IMG/VR virus record: IMGVR_UViG_3300008117_006248
Coordinates: 24,691-88,690 of that record
Direction: 5' to 3' (one strand)
Origin: a virus
DNA: 64,000 bases
Part shown: positions 32,501-41,967 of the stretch, one piece after another
Layout: the number at the start of each line of letters is the position of its first letter
How positions within the stretch are numbered: the stretch's first letter is position 1
The notes under the pieces: model-generated
Database searches by the model: none
What the model was told of the DNA's origin: nothing
The model's input: only the letters and a program-made list of their open reading frames with translations
Position numbers and translations under genes: made by a program

Positions 32501-33321
32501 TCTTCCTTGTATTTAGAGTAGTCTATTATAGCCTTGCCATCTGCCGTTAAATCTGCATAATCATAAATACCAAGTGGCTCGCTTGCTCTAGAAATTCTAT
32601 ACTTTAAAGAAGTTTGGTTCTCTAACTGGAACGGTATTTCAAAAATTGAATTATCCTGCGGTAAAGAATATCCACTATCATTATATAAAAATTTGTATCT
32701 AGTTGTTACTTCATTTCTATAGCCCACATATCCAGAATCAATATATGAATAAGTAGCATCAGTATTATTAGTGTATAGTGAAATATTAGTATTAGCCCAG
32801 TCTTCGCCAGAAACAGTTAATAGATCATTATTTGTTGACTGAGATTTTGTTAAACCTGTAATCTCATATCTTCTATATACTTTGCCAGGAAAGTCCATAT
32901 CTGGCATAATAACATTTGGCTTTGACCCAGAAACGAATCTATCTGTTATTTCAAAATCTCTTAAGTAATTGTAACCATCAATACCTAATAGCCCTTCTGT
33001 TATAAAAAACCTTGCTTTTGGGGCTTCTCCTTCGAAGTTGATGATAGAGAACTTTTTGCCTGTGACTGTAAATTTTGATGCGACGATGTCTTCCACCAAC
33101 GGTCTTGGGACAGAATATCCATTAGGGCTATGGTTTGGGTTTTCGAAAAACGAAATCCAAAGGCCGTAAGTATATTTAGAAAAATCTGGTGTTATTCCAG
33201 AGCCCCCGCCGCTGCCAGAAGAACCAGATGAGCCAGAAGATCCTGATGAACCTACAGCACCTAAAACTGTTGTTATAAAATTTTTATTGTCTGTTTCTAC
33301 GCTCATGTTATTGTCTTCCAA
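23590..33321 (-). CDS. Very large putative tail/fibre structural protein (3243 aa)
   Basis: 9.7-kb uninterrupted ORF with GSS linkers, Fn3-like segments (KVDWNEVAGCGYYNIY) and several LP..(I/F)xN beta modules typical of fibres. Confidence 0.6.
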   Translation of the reverse strand: MEDNNMSVETDNKNFITTVLGAVGSSGSSGSSGSSGSGGGSGITPDFSKYTYGLWISFFENPNHSPNGYSVPRPLVEDIVASKFTVTGKKFSIINFEGEAPKARFFITEGLLGIDGYNYLRDFEITDRFVSGSKPNVIMPDMDFPGKVYRRYEITGLTKSQSTNNDLLTVSGEDWANTNISLYTNNTDATYSYIDSGYVGYRNEVTTRYKFLYNDSGYSLPQDNSIFEIPFQLENQTSLKYRISRASEPLGIYDYADLTADGKAIIDYSKYKEEVSGVIDGQISYAFEPVTEISFTKEEFQNILDTDKIKTREIKNDSFFTGFKLSKSDNLFKFILLTTGDTEEIYKLDVQVERYNTREKPAVSGYVMSSYNLGAGAVNISLNAGGAVYPRISEDGEPFGYENVQDLIDVEQLNESEKYAQDIQIPEAGDEEDQSQLAKTIQDNFDALAKAYNDDFGEEDSRAENTEAWETRAEIDQNDQDLLTEANNEMPVYKTALPNFPLPKKIITRDFYSNYLNTGESYIVTPLSNYGLSPTFVSCGDQFGVLAYYINEDKNSTASEPVFRTVVNSTCDGYFIDATGLCKGDTALFDNNRYASDGLKIQNGSVTQIQSDGVITKNNYVNQESWLKAVNYFYTKNYVASFNVYPSLSENSYNTLFSQALRDVNERIGGPAIADGVNSFSSNTAKAPRVFVEREIYTKSYKANEAFELNQAILSGVYTPGDADLAAEEVEKLYCVQTYEPYEANSFTISKQNYYYPAQDYNEEVSFRRFLENSAASLSYQTGENFGAVSFKDQDIEVEKLFRIEYVTGNSFSYDDTSNFRAWSATAAPPSNITISNQDTKSYSYHLYGYNSSSAPLSFIKSNVQNGESATSASFSNLVVLKFIKQGLTNSVFQQEENEGDAKITKSYINTTIANNSGSLLDPSKVRINIQTYNYKVVANLENHQWTLFNQNPINNNIYGSRDSSNFSEPRFFQDDKEETKELLSTLFFFPNGSYTSKNYEGKPITTSSINALSDGLFENHIYIKEENETSKKYESNYVLETLENGYITKLRPSTEVLDGKGRFRNTRRLQITKVKYNFYTKDLVLIGDAGSPYSINFNYGWEYDLQYKLKTAPAGSSGSSGSSGPGASTGWTTMSKDVGFSKDIISAEYSAISPYYFSAEDLETPNYLSMVAFKTNLPLFLDDANYEFRIFKQEKLVVSSDSANVIKKTNFLPIKVDWNEVAGCGYYNIYQKDRNNKLTFLRSEPSGINSFSYVIPDVSQRNVDLGVYNFGANGNNYYDIVVSGIKSSVVKKKETLASEYGFEVGDSNSQQNTVTKFENVASYTPVSVSSPTYSQLLDFNNPESKTSGFKINQDYNEYYFVTDKADASLENIPSSFESYVLNTGNASCFVGGSSVNTNQYAKISNNGVITVANAASLPSSSFDLLDAEQDDDILYLSANVTVLNSSSIASKTLTLVNDSNSSINVTFGSTVSISANQTKKLLFSDDGVTKSIQTQSTYSNVTMQDSKIYHPKEGFINFNHTTGEFSSADSFANLPIYNFSKDSLVINGLSLDADSFNYVSWNGSSASKSQKTYFDGIKIYLKAKETEEDSTKLLKDDTDIILSQFSTAVGTTRDYFFLKDESINRALNIRIINGSSIEVLQRQYQDFKLTVTQKSASLVTYSIIYPSSSPFFELSNSREQLVLLKGDLVQYIDLKSLDAGLPKESFVYFVNKNSQSVFFYRNTQENIVYTLAENQIARAMLVTVGSTQVVRLDILNETLSHFYFDIDNSLISSSINILDLNFCGTQINLPPASSLQNKELFLICRNRFLPNKINKESVKDTENIISTEDNPSTLEINEIGDLAQNSICLRVTGSSSDALPILQRTSFLSRNVNGTVIDLEDNVIDRYHEDYFYIRNSQIDTFTIKDSYNRKYGYKGKIFLPTLEQSVGIQSFDSADGNNLYRIKEVNSIDFDYAPDEYVNGRLQASKPLIPDARIFSYESESGSTAKSFPNALATDQILINFAYDTVTVSVDSVTKTLKKNRLVKNSGANYVYPIYNNKEFFIAQVNSERTNTRKSGGTTFYYIIEADKADVDSIILPDISATISFVIKNVSGRPYEIKTLSGVLVHTLLPSSGNNQKLFTYTGAPYTVTTDTTDFSDSNIFGEVENVSYLPTSIALSNQAFDLEAEHPLASLWAAGFSKIDLIQDAFIDIDGDAIKLDIDYSVFDVYSSVSVSTSKIIYCYGRKAIDITQLGDKKYIVNDFYLFASYDGTKIKKEQFYLTDRVSDEFNAGAYNLKVIDTNHTDLTKFFKSQNAINGLPNVILIPITKYSSKFYLPNLDISIGGSTLASLLSGKKILFVNLVKSDSSAPNSIYNYSTAVTSNLLDVNSIALYSVSGSAWVKETSSLPQVKKVFATARNLKGISGLSTTEIVGGNEFLYLPNFNRFNVDINSFIDKSFRDFYVFNPCKYRMYIGSNNSLLGNGALTRVIRNATQNLFTASSLDLNASSVFSVTTLNYAEGRAPENLTQTVNELYPNLKFGARIKVIQNIGNSKYTYLFRYNSKNKAEEIIIKNREFGVLDLKDLTSYDANSKLFIYGSSQVNSSGNFFDSYSLKLLNAGLLGSEKFYIYNNTPYYLSIFFDFATETFCSIPPKSFIEISDSRVSFLGSYEKGIYYISKKDSSTNYLLKTDLKFFLNGIYDYVSFAGEKESDKDNKNIIITPLIKDETYASSYYYADQAIIETVVNNFRGIYITNLASMNLTNNTQSYNLLKPVYRITTAGHYLLTDNNNDLTVTAPSYGQQIFLINNCPRDIFVNILSDENRRRKVYRNSVMIVEAGPTSGVVSRYLKKAKARDEFYCIFNPNTAISTQREITLNLGIIRNEELLPILDDNQVEQKSYVKLLSKDGTSTTINLALRNYYNGKDIPTDSPSNVVGYEVGIGHETIYRFLFFDAYQSTYTLPGIQNGIKYQVSISQSFFDNINIPTDTAFTNTTELPYLKYKGKFYSDGETFVGEDVTTYEIKYPNFVRLYKVVEDIDRPFNKAEEKGEEGGADASITEEEEVAVDQLELFKAQIRNAYKSTANSIIAWIPRDQSAFWLNSDYVDDWWTISAIDNSQTITINLEGTNKTITFKRCEIKKTGLRSPIFNYNYSFFSALSPVRQMPDNRQLTIGLDANLNPTQINNIKKLLGQSQTADNTLLPQSEMEIGGLYVESLFPENTVDANYNIINNSDIEVNITISKIKSAPDIKFDDFSKSSVIKIINRK

Positions 33322-36300
33322 CCATATTTGGACTTATTGGTACTGATTGATCGCCAGAATTATCATAAGAGTCTCTCATTAGGTCTTCAAATAAATAATC
33401 TCCTATAGCAGAATCATAACCTCCAGGTATATTTATTCCACTTAAACCAGCCCTAATAATAGCTTCTACTTGTCCCGGACTCATTTCAGAACCTTTATTC
33501 ACAAAACCATTACACATTGCTCTTAAATAATATTCCATTTGTATATAATGGTCGGAATACATTATCGTGTTTTTATCGACCTTTGGGATAAGTTTTACAA
33601 AGTAAAATCTTGGATAACAACACCCAAACGGTCTTTGTTTTTGCCAAAAGTTACCATTATCCATTGAAACATCCCCATTTACGCCTCTCGGGCATTGAAT
33701 GCCAGCCATTGTATGACAAAGATAATTTATTAATGCATTTTCATCTGTTCTATATGAATCAACATTAACTGCCGCAAACTTTATAAACTCTTGGATTTTG
33801 CTACTTAGTCTTCCTTTAGGAGTTCCATCTCCAGTATTTTGTAATCTATTTTCTATAATTACTTTAACGATATCTGATTTCGGGTCGTATGGATTTAGTC
33901 TAACTATTGATTTTATTTTATATGGAGGTCTATAAATAGGACAACTAGCTGCAAAGTTTGCTGGATGATTTAAATTTCCGCGCCAGTCTCCGTACTGAGG
34001 TTTTGTATTTGCGCTTTCTATGTAGTTGTATCCAGATGGCGCTTCTACAATCAAAGGCAAATCGTTCGGCTTAGAAGACACATTAGCCAAAGCTTGCTTC
34101 ACATTCCTTGATGTGCCTCTGAATGGCTCAAGAGACTGGCTAGCCGTTAAGCATCTTGCGTTTAAAGCTCCCATTATGTCTCCATACATTGAAGGCTTCC
34201 AATAAGAGCTATTAGACCAGTGGTATAAATTATAAGTCATGAACATGGTCCATTCGTTACTTATATTGCCAGATGGTTTTTGTTTTATTCCATCTATAAT
34301 GATTTCTCCCTTATCTATTCCTTTAATTAAAGAGTCTGGTGTTATTCCATCTAACTCAAAAACTCCGATTGTGCCCGTAGAATACTCTGAAACAAAATAA
34401 TAATCTCCGCCCTTGAATGTCGCGCCGTGCTTTAATATTTTCTTTTTATTATTATCTATATATATAACATGAGAATTTGTTCCCCTTAGTGAGGGTTCTA
34501 ATTCTATCACAATATAATCCTTGCCTTTGACTATTGGAATAAATGTTTCTGCTTTTGCGCCTCTTATCGATCTGTTGCCTACTTCAGTAACAGATGGCCC
34601 CATGTTTCTGAAGATATCTACGCCAGTATTTTTCATACCCATTGCGTATCTATTAAAATATAAAACAGAATCGCCATCTTCATTTACTTCATAATCCAAT
34701 AAAGCTGTTCTATCAGCCATTCTTACGTTACTAGTTATGAATTTTCTAGCAGATTCATACACTGGATTAGCGCTAACATAAGCATCATTTTGATAAAGAG
34801 TTTTCTTTCTAAAGTTATACGCTACTCCATATCTTATATAATTTGTAAATACTGTTTTAGCAGTATCCGCATTAAAATGCCCTACTGGGTCCATTTGCCC
34901 AGCATCTGTTCCTGCGCCTTCTGTAGTCGCCACTCTCATCATTACATAAGCATCAGCGGCGCTTGGCTTCATTTCTAGAACATGAGCGAACTGTATTGTT
35001 ATGGCAAAGTTATTTTTTGTTACTGTTTGAGTTACAATTTTCTTTCCTAAATTTATAGAACCAAAATTATTGTAAGAAGGATTAGGTATTCCATTCGAAC
35101 CTCTTATCTTAAAAGAAACACTCCCTTTAACTGGATAAACAAAATAGTGTATTTTATTGAATTGATAAACTTTATAAGTGTTAGCAGAGTTTAAGGAAAG
35201 ATCATTAACTACTCCAGTTCTATTATTTAAAATATACTTATCATTAGAACTCAATGACACAGATTCGTAAATTTCATTATTAACATAAATATCAATAAAC
35301 ATTCCAGATAACAGGGACTCCCCGTTCTCCGAAATACCACAAGCTATGTCAGAAGTTTGTATAAAGATAGCCGATAAACAAAATCTATTGTTAGATCCTG
35401 GAGGATTAGTATTAAAAGCTCTTAATTCTTTGCCAGATTCATCTTGACCTTTAAATAAAAACGTATCGCTAGCATTTGTTGGTAAAAAATAATCATTTGT
35501 TGCCGTATTTTTAACTGCCAAATCAAATGAAATATTCCACAAAAAACTTCCTGGCCCTTCTGGGAAAAGTTCAGGATAGCCAAAAGAGTCATATTTTATT
35601 TTTTTATTTCCCAAGCTATCCGTCTTTATTTTACCCGAAGAATCTAGTTCATATTTTGGTCTAGAATAATTTGGGGCTAAAAGAAATTGTCTTGAAAAAA
35701 ACTTTTCAAAATCAAACCCATGAGTTATCACGGTTCTTCCTTTTATTGAATGTCTAGCTCTTTGATCTTCTGTGCCTCTGAAAAAACTTAAATAATAAAA
35801 AATAGCTTGCTCAATTTGATCTTTGGAAGCATTCTTTTTTCTGAAAATCCCGCCTTTTCCCTCTTGGTCAGGCACATAGCTAGGCGCATATCTTCCTGAA
35901 GATATTGCCTCTGTAACATATCTTAAATGCCTTCTGGCCGCAGAGCATATCCCTAAAGAAGAAAGCTGCAACTCTTTAGTTGATGGCTGCAAGGCATTTC
36001 TTGGTAAATATTTATAATTTTGCTCAAACGCTAAACAACCTCTTTGTATTTCTGAATCGCTCCATACAATATTTAAGTTCGGATCGCCGCTTATTTTTTT
36101 AGGCATTTTGTCTGGCAGCGCTAGCTCTAAGCCGCTTAATCTAATCGGCTCAGACCAATATCCATGAACTCCATCTCTCGTATTGTCTTTAGTACCATTA
36201 GCTTGTGTTACTCTTGCTGCGTTGCCAAAAATCCAAGCCATAAACGGATTGGCCACGTTTGCACCTTGAGCTTCTCCAGCTTGCGCTTCTGGCCAACCAA

Positions 36301-36562
36301 ACTTACCATAAGTCATTTTCGGCTCTAAATTAGCATAAAATTTAAACCACTCATCTTGCGCTGGAAATTGACTATCTTGAGGATTTCTTATTCCTCTAAA
36401 CATTGAAAATGCGTAGTAAAAGATTCTCCAAGAACAATCTCCTAACCCAGATAAAATTTTCTCATTAAATGCGTCCGCCAACAGATTATGATGCTCGTAA
36501 TCAGTTGATTGATTAATTTTTACTTTCTTGGCTAGTGGAAGAGATGGCATAATTAACTCCAA
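33308..36562 (-). CDS. Putative virion protein (1084 aa)
   Basis: Long ORF overlapping both neighbours in the tail operon; no motif recognised. Confidence 0.55.
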   Translation of the reverse strand: MELIMPSLPLAKKVKINQSTDYEHHNLLADAFNEKILSGLGDCSWRIFYYAFSMFRGIRNPQDSQFPAQDEWFKFYANLEPKMTYGKFGWPEAQAGEAQGANVANPFMAWIFGNAARVTQANGTKDNTRDGVHGYWSEPIRLSGLELALPDKMPKKISGDPNLNIVWSDSEIQRGCLAFEQNYKYLPRNALQPSTKELQLSSLGICSAARRHLRYVTEAISSGRYAPSYVPDQEGKGGIFRKKNASKDQIEQAIFYYLSFFRGTEDQRARHSIKGRTVITHGFDFEKFFSRQFLLAPNYSRPKYELDSSGKIKTDSLGNKKIKYDSFGYPELFPEGPGSFLWNISFDLAVKNTATNDYFLPTNASDTFLFKGQDESGKELRAFNTNPPGSNNRFCLSAIFIQTSDIACGISENGESLLSGMFIDIYVNNEIYESVSLSSNDKYILNNRTGVVNDLSLNSANTYKVYQFNKIHYFVYPVKGSVSFKIRGSNGIPNPSYNNFGSINLGKKIVTQTVTKNNFAITIQFAHVLEMKPSAADAYVMMRVATTEGAGTDAGQMDPVGHFNADTAKTVFTNYIRYGVAYNFRKKTLYQNDAYVSANPVYESARKFITSNVRMADRTALLDYEVNEDGDSVLYFNRYAMGMKNTGVDIFRNMGPSVTEVGNRSIRGAKAETFIPIVKGKDYIVIELEPSLRGTNSHVIYIDNNKKKILKHGATFKGGDYYFVSEYSTGTIGVFELDGITPDSLIKGIDKGEIIIDGIKQKPSGNISNEWTMFMTYNLYHWSNSSYWKPSMYGDIMGALNARCLTASQSLEPFRGTSRNVKQALANVSSKPNDLPLIVEAPSGYNYIESANTKPQYGDWRGNLNHPANFAASCPIYRPPYKIKSIVRLNPYDPKSDIVKVIIENRLQNTGDGTPKGRLSSKIQEFIKFAAVNVDSYRTDENALINYLCHTMAGIQCPRGVNGDVSMDNGNFWQKQRPFGCCYPRFYFVKLIPKVDKNTIMYSDHYIQMEYYLRAMCNGFVNKGSEMSPGQVEAIIRAGLSGINIPGGYDSAIGDYLFEDLMRDSYDNSGDQSVPISPNMVGRQ

Positions 36563-37122
36563 ACTCCAATTCCGCCGCCTCCGCCTCCGGATTGGGATTT
36601 TAAAGTTCTTGCGCTTATATTAGAATCTCTATAAGATAGATATTGTTTGCCTGCGCCATTTTTTGATTTAAGAGGCCCTTGACTTTGTTGCACAGAAGAA
36701 TTGTTTATGTATGGAGTCTGCGCTATTTTAACTTGAGATATTTTTTCAAAAGAAACAGAAGCGACTAACTGTTCTCCATACTCATAGTTTTTTGAAAGAT
36801 TGCCTTTCTGCCCAATAAAAGTAGATGGCATGGCTACCTTAGTAAAAGTTAGCGTCTTTATAAAATTCCTATCGCTTGTTTGTATAGTAGGTCCAAAAAA
36901 ATTAATTAAATTGACTGGAACATTTAGGCATAAAATGTATCCTTTATTATAATTTATAAAATCCTCTTCAAACAATGCGGCGGCTTCTGGCCCCATTTGC
37001 GCCGTAACAAAAGCCCTTAAAGTCGCGCTAACTTTTAAACCTACCGTAGTGTTTTTATCCGATCCATTCCAAGACGCTATATAAGGATAAGCGTCTTTTG
37101 CAGCTATTGTTGATCTTCTCAT
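36553..37122 (-). CDS. Hypothetical protein
   Basis: 189-aa ORF, tightly packed in the operon, with a poly-Gly C-terminus. Confidence 0.6.
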   Translation of the reverse strand: MRRSTIAAKDAYPYIASWNGSDKNTTVGLKVSATLRAFVTAQMGPEAAALFEEDFINYNKGYILCLNVPVNLINFFGPTIQTSDRNFIKTLTFTKVAMPSTFIGQKGNLSKNYEYGEQLVASVSFEKISQVKIAQTPYINNSSVQQSQGPLKSKNGAGKQYLSYRDSNISARTLKSQSGGGGGGIGVWS

Positions 37123-37123
37123 T

Positions 37124-38509
37124 TTATTTTACTCCTGTTATATATCTTTCTATTATATTGTTGTTTATGCCGCTAAGAGTAAGTTTTGCGACTAGTGGAT
37201 TTTCGTCAAATTGAGTGCTATAAATAACTTTAACATTTATAGACGTATCTTCTGTTATGGCAACTCCAGTTTTAACATATCCAGCGGAGCCAGAAACAAA
37301 AGAACTATCTCTATAACTTATCAAATTATTTCCTATTCCGGTAAGCAAATCAAAAAATCCAGTTACACTCTTTGTGTAAAAAGAAGTCTGCGCCGTTCCA
37401 GAAGCTATGCTTGGATTTGTATTATTTAATATTCCGGTGCCCCCAGAAAAGATTACTGTTGGTGCGGATGTATATCCAGAACCAAAATTGGTCATAGTTA
37501 CATCTACTACAGAATCATATGTTGTGCTGTCTATACCAAGAACAGCCACTCCGGAGGCCGATCCCGATGCCCCACCTCCACTAAATATAACACTCGGCGC
37601 AGACAAATATCCATTGCCTCCACTAGCTACATTTACATCGGTTACCATTCCCATGTAACCAGTAGCTCCAGAAAAATAAGTCAAAGAAATACTTATCGGT
37701 AAACTAGCAGGCACTAGCTCTTCTCTATTAGTAGAATATCCGTAATCTAAAACTAAAGACCCCACTTTAGAAACCCCACTTTCAAATGTTGCTTCTGATA
37801 TAGAACTTAAAGAATCAGACCCTTCTTGAATATTAAAAACATACTCTAAGAATGGAACATCAACCCCCGTAACAGTCAACTGACTTGTATAATCTCCAGC
37901 GCTTGTATTTAATGTATAATTTGAAATAAGTTCTCCAAGACCAGGATAGTTTTGTTGTATTAATATTTGCTGACTGCTAGAAGATTTAACTAGTCCCGTA
38001 GGAATGCTTTGAAACGAAAACGAAGATTGAGAATCAAAATCTCCTGAGAAAACTTTGATTCCGCTTAGCGAATTTGTCGTTAGCGTGCCTGTTATATAAT
38101 TTCCAGTTATAAATGTTTGAGGCGTCGTTAAAGAGAGCGTTGGTTTTTCTGAGCTAATACTTATAGAAGAATCTAACGTGCAACCAGTTAAATTAATAAA
38201 AAATCTTTCAGCGTAAAAATCTTCTTTTAGCCCAGATCTTACTATTTGATCTCCATTTATAGCGTAGTCATAAGCAGCCCCTGAAAAATTTGTAGTAATA
38301 TTAACTTGATTATCTGGGGTATAAGAGCCGCAGTATCGATTTTCATTATCAATAATTTTGCCACTTATAAAAGAGATTTTGTAAGTTTTGCTTTGACCAC
38401 TAAAACCTATGTCGCAAACGCCCGTGCAATTATCGAAAGAAAGACCAAATTCTGCTGAAAAGCGGTTCTCTCTTAAAACACTTCTGAATGTATTGCCGGA
38501 GATTATCAT
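37124..38509 (-). CDS. Putative baseplate/tail-tip structural protein
   Basis: Two copies of G.GY.SAP.VIFSGG, a repeat typical of large-phage baseplate proteins; rich in (S/T)G. Confidence 0.6.
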   Translation of the reverse strand: MIISGNTFRSVLRENRFSAEFGLSFDNCTGVCDIGFSGQSKTYKISFISGKIIDNENRYCGSYTPDNQVNITTNFSGAAYDYAINGDQIVRSGLKEDFYAERFFINLTGCTLDSSISISSEKPTLSLTTPQTFITGNYITGTLTTNSLSGIKVFSGDFDSQSSFSFQSIPTGLVKSSSSQQILIQQNYPGLGELISNYTLNTSAGDYTSQLTVTGVDVPFLEYVFNIQEGSDSLSSISEATFESGVSKVGSLVLDYGYSTNREELVPASLPISISLTYFSGATGYMGMVTDVNVASGGNGYLSAPSVIFSGGGASGSASGVAVLGIDSTTYDSVVDVTMTNFGSGYTSAPTVIFSGGTGILNNTNPSIASGTAQTSFYTKSVTGFFDLLTGIGNNLISYRDSSFVSGSAGYVKTGVAITEDTSINVKVIYSTQFDENPLVAKLTLSGINNNIIERYITGVK

Positions 38510-41500
38510 TAGCTTAAGAAGTTAGTGTTTACTAGTTTTATATTTGGTCTATTTTTGTAGATTAAAGTTTGCAAATTTAACGGCTTGCCCGGATAGCTCT
38601 GGAAAGAGCATTGAATAGTCAAGCCATTTTCTGCTAAAGCAATATTTAATTTCGTTAAACCGTTGTCTACTGTAAGCAAAGACTTTAGCTGATCTGAAAT
38701 ACTAGAACAGAACAAATCAGCAGAATAACTTACGTTGGGCTGTAATAAAGATGCGGCTTTATAATCATAAATTGATTTTATTTTTTCGTGAAAGCTTTCA
38801 AAGGTGTCGAATTCATATCTTGGTTTTTGATTTGATCCATATCCTTGGAAATTCATAACTACAGGAGTTCCATCTCCAAAAGCGCCGCCGATTGATTGAT
38901 TACTAGAGTAAGACTGCTCCGTCTCGTCTGCGTAAAGCTCTCTTACATTCGGAGTAATATTATTTACATCTAATTCTAGCGAAAACCCTTCGTTGTTCAA
39001 TATTCTTAGTATGTCATCTTTATCTTCTAGCCCGCCTCTAATAAAGTTTTTAAAAGGAGCGAAAATCTGACTAGAACTCTTGCTCTTTAAAGTAACTATA
39101 TAGTTAACTTGCGATGGCAAAGTTATATATTCTGATTCTAATCTAGTAGTGTTTACCATTGTGAATGGAACTGGAGTAGGAAATCTTGTGCTTCTTACAA
39201 GTATATTGTTTAAAGCTGGAGACGCCAAAGCTAACATGCCACTAGAAGATTGCAAAGATTTGCTAATGTGAGCTGTCAAGAAAGCGTTCGATGGCATTTT
39301 TCTTGTTATATTAAAACGCTGACACTGCATAGAGTCTGGGCCTATACCAAGCAAAGCTGCGTTATTATTTCTTTCAATATTTGATTGCTCTTGCGGATAA
39401 ACACACACAGAATAAAAAATTGTTTTACTGCAATCTTTCTTATTCGCTTGAAGAGTGGCTGGATTCCCAGCCGCAAGCATATCTCTCAATAGAGTGCATC
39501 TTTCTGCTATTTGATTTTGGTATTCTATTGGATTTGTAAATGAATGCCTCGACAAAGTAGTAGGGAATTGATATATCTGGGCAAGAGAATTAAACCCAAA
39601 CATCACTCCAAAAGAATAATTACTTAAAGGAAGATTTGTGACATCTACTGGCAAAGCAGCTCTTAAAACACCTAAAGATACTGGAGATAATTCTTTAAAA
39701 ATAGGAGAATAAGCTTCTGCAAGATTTATTCTTGTGAACTGAGCTATAGAATTATTGCTCATAAAAGAATCACCAGAAACAGCGTAATCTAAATATTCTA
39801 AACCTCTAATTAGCTCTTGGAAAATACCATAAGCTGCGTCATCTCTTGCTAGATAAAATCTTACAGGTTTTAATCTATCTAAAGACTGCACATACTTAAC
39901 GTAAGAAGCCTGAGCTTTACTGCATAAATCCTCTGTGTTAGCTTTTAATCTGTTGAACTCTGAAAAAGCATTGAAATAAGAATCTGTGCCATTATATAAA
40001 CTAGCCAAACTTTCAATCAAAAATTTGGCATCTCTAAATACTGGCAACTTATATATTTCATTTGAATAAACTTTTTGAGTCGCAGGAATTGTTTCTACGC
40101 TATATTGGAGTAGCTCATTCTCATTGCCAGCTATCCCTTCTGTTATGTTTTGTACATCTGTCCAATAATGTTTTCCTATGAAATCAGCGATATAAGATTC
40201 AATAGCTAAAATATTATTAGCTATCGATTCATTATAAAAACCAAGATTCATATTTATTAAAACATTTCCATCTTCATCAAAAGTTAATTCGCTTTGCAAC
40301 TCTAAAGCTCTAGACACAGCCTCGAAAGCTATCAAATCAGCCTGTCTATCTATGTAGCTAAGCCTAGAACCTAGTATGTCTCCGCCCAAAGGCAAGAAAC
40401 CTAATGCTTGATAAGCTCCTATTTGATAATTGTAAATTTCTCTTAGCTTTGGCGCGTATTTACCCAGAACAGCAGATATCACTACCTGCTCATACGTTCT
40501 TTTCGATCCGCAAAAATCATAAGTAGTAGTACCATTAGAAAACAATTGCGGAAATATATCATAGAGCCTAATATTTCTAAATGTTCTATTGCCTAAAATT
40601 TGCTCGTATTCAATATTCTTCTCTCTCGCTTCCTTAAAATAATAAGAAGAGTATACCTTTAGATTTTTTTTACTTAAATCATAATCAAAATCTTGTGATC
40701 TTATGACAAATTGAGAAGAGTCCGAAGCTTCTAAATTTTCCAAGCTTAACTTTGTTTTTAGAACATTTTCTTTTGCTAAAGAATCTGTAAGATCTATTCC
40801 GCGTATTCTAACTTGATTAGATTGCCCAGAAAAATCTACTACATAAGAATAAGAATACTCTTCGCACCATTGGGCTAAAACATTTTTTAATGTGCCAGAA
40901 TATTTTCTTTTAATCTGCTCTCCAGACTTATCTCTTAAAGATTCTATAGCAGAAGAACTACCGCTGCTGCCAGCATCGCCTGAACTAACATTCGACGGGG
41001 CGATTGATATGCCCAAAGCCTTCATTGCTCTAAGCAAAGAGGCGAAAGAGTAATAAGTTTCGGCAGACTTACAAACACTATCTTTAAAATCTTCTTCTCC
41101 CAAAAGAATAATTGCTCCATATCCATTAGTGATTTGCTTTAATGGATCTGTAGATTTTATTATTACATAATTGTACTTACCAGGACCATTAGCTGTGTCA
41201 GTAATTACTTGAGTCGTTGTCGGGTCTATCGTTAATTTTTGGCCTAAATTAGACTCTGCAAAATGCAAAATTTGAGAAAAATTTGATACCGTGACCGATC
41301 CAGCTTTTGAGCCATTAACTGAAGGGCAATTCAATATTATTCTATCTATGGTAGCCTCTTTTTCCGACCTGCTATCTATTGCCACCTCGACTCCTAAAAC
41401 ACCAACATAAATCTTATCTAAAACAAAAGAGTTATCTTTAAAAGTAACTGTCAGAACTTTTTCATTATTCCTTTTTGATAATGAGTAAGAAGATATTTTA

Positions 41501-41952
41501 AAATTTTTGAGTTGATATGTTTTTTTGCCATCGCCATCTGTGATAGTAATATTATAGCTTGTCGTTGGCCCCATGTACTGATCTTCTATCTTAAAATCCT
41601 GATCTATTAGCTGAGAAAGAGTGTCTGAAGTGCCTTTGAAGACTTGGCTTTGGTTATTTATTTGGTTTATTGGCGTGGTTTGAGTATTTCTTGCTGAGTT
41701 AAGTTGATTTAAAAGATCAATGTCTCTTCTCCTCTGCTGCTGCACAGAAAGAGCGCTTTTTGCTTCTTTAAGAGTTTTATTTAAAGCAAGATTAAGAACT
41801 AAAGTGCTTGGATTGCCATCGAATCCCACATCAAGAGATAGGGCGTAAACATAGCCATTAAATAATCTATTCCCAAGATCAACAGGAGGCTGCCCAGAAG
41901 AAAATTGAGTTCTTGTTATATTTATACTGCTATTGTTTTTTACTTGAGCCAT
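38509..41952 (-). CDS. Putative tail-tip/baseplate hub protein (1147 aa)
   Basis: Position downstream of the tape measure gene; YSGTLKNVLAQWCEEYSYSYVVD resembles hub-like proteins. Confidence 0.5.
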   Translation of the reverse strand: MAQVKNNSSINITRTQFSSGQPPVDLGNRLFNGYVYALSLDVGFDGNPSTLVLNLALNKTLKEAKSALSVQQQRRRDIDLLNQLNSARNTQTTPINQINNQSQVFKGTSDTLSQLIDQDFKIEDQYMGPTTSYNITITDGDGKKTYQLKNFKISSYSLSKRNNEKVLTVTFKDNSFVLDKIYVGVLGVEVAIDSRSEKEATIDRIILNCPSVNGSKAGSVTVSNFSQILHFAESNLGQKLTIDPTTTQVITDTANGPGKYNYVIIKSTDPLKQITNGYGAIILLGEEDFKDSVCKSAETYYSFASLLRAMKALGISIAPSNVSSGDAGSSGSSSAIESLRDKSGEQIKRKYSGTLKNVLAQWCEEYSYSYVVDFSGQSNQVRIRGIDLTDSLAKENVLKTKLSLENLEASDSSQFVIRSQDFDYDLSKKNLKVYSSYYFKEAREKNIEYEQILGNRTFRNIRLYDIFPQLFSNGTTTYDFCGSKRTYEQVVISAVLGKYAPKLREIYNYQIGAYQALGFLPLGGDILGSRLSYIDRQADLIAFEAVSRALELQSELTFDEDGNVLINMNLGFYNESIANNILAIESYIADFIGKHYWTDVQNITEGIAGNENELLQYSVETIPATQKVYSNEIYKLPVFRDAKFLIESLASLYNGTDSYFNAFSEFNRLKANTEDLCSKAQASYVKYVQSLDRLKPVRFYLARDDAAYGIFQELIRGLEYLDYAVSGDSFMSNNSIAQFTRINLAEAYSPIFKELSPVSLGVLRAALPVDVTNLPLSNYSFGVMFGFNSLAQIYQFPTTLSRHSFTNPIEYQNQIAERCTLLRDMLAAGNPATLQANKKDCSKTIFYSVCVYPQEQSNIERNNNAALLGIGPDSMQCQRFNITRKMPSNAFLTAHISKSLQSSSGMLALASPALNNILVRSTRFPTPVPFTMVNTTRLESEYITLPSQVNYIVTLKSKSSSQIFAPFKNFIRGGLEDKDDILRILNNEGFSLELDVNNITPNVRELYADETEQSYSSNQSIGGAFGDGTPVVMNFQGYGSNQKPRYEFDTFESFHEKIKSIYDYKAASLLQPNVSYSADLFCSSISDQLKSLLTVDNGLTKLNIALAENGLTIQCSFQSYPGKPLNLQTLIYKNRPNIKLVNTNFLS

Positions 41953-41967
41953 AATCCTTTAGATAAG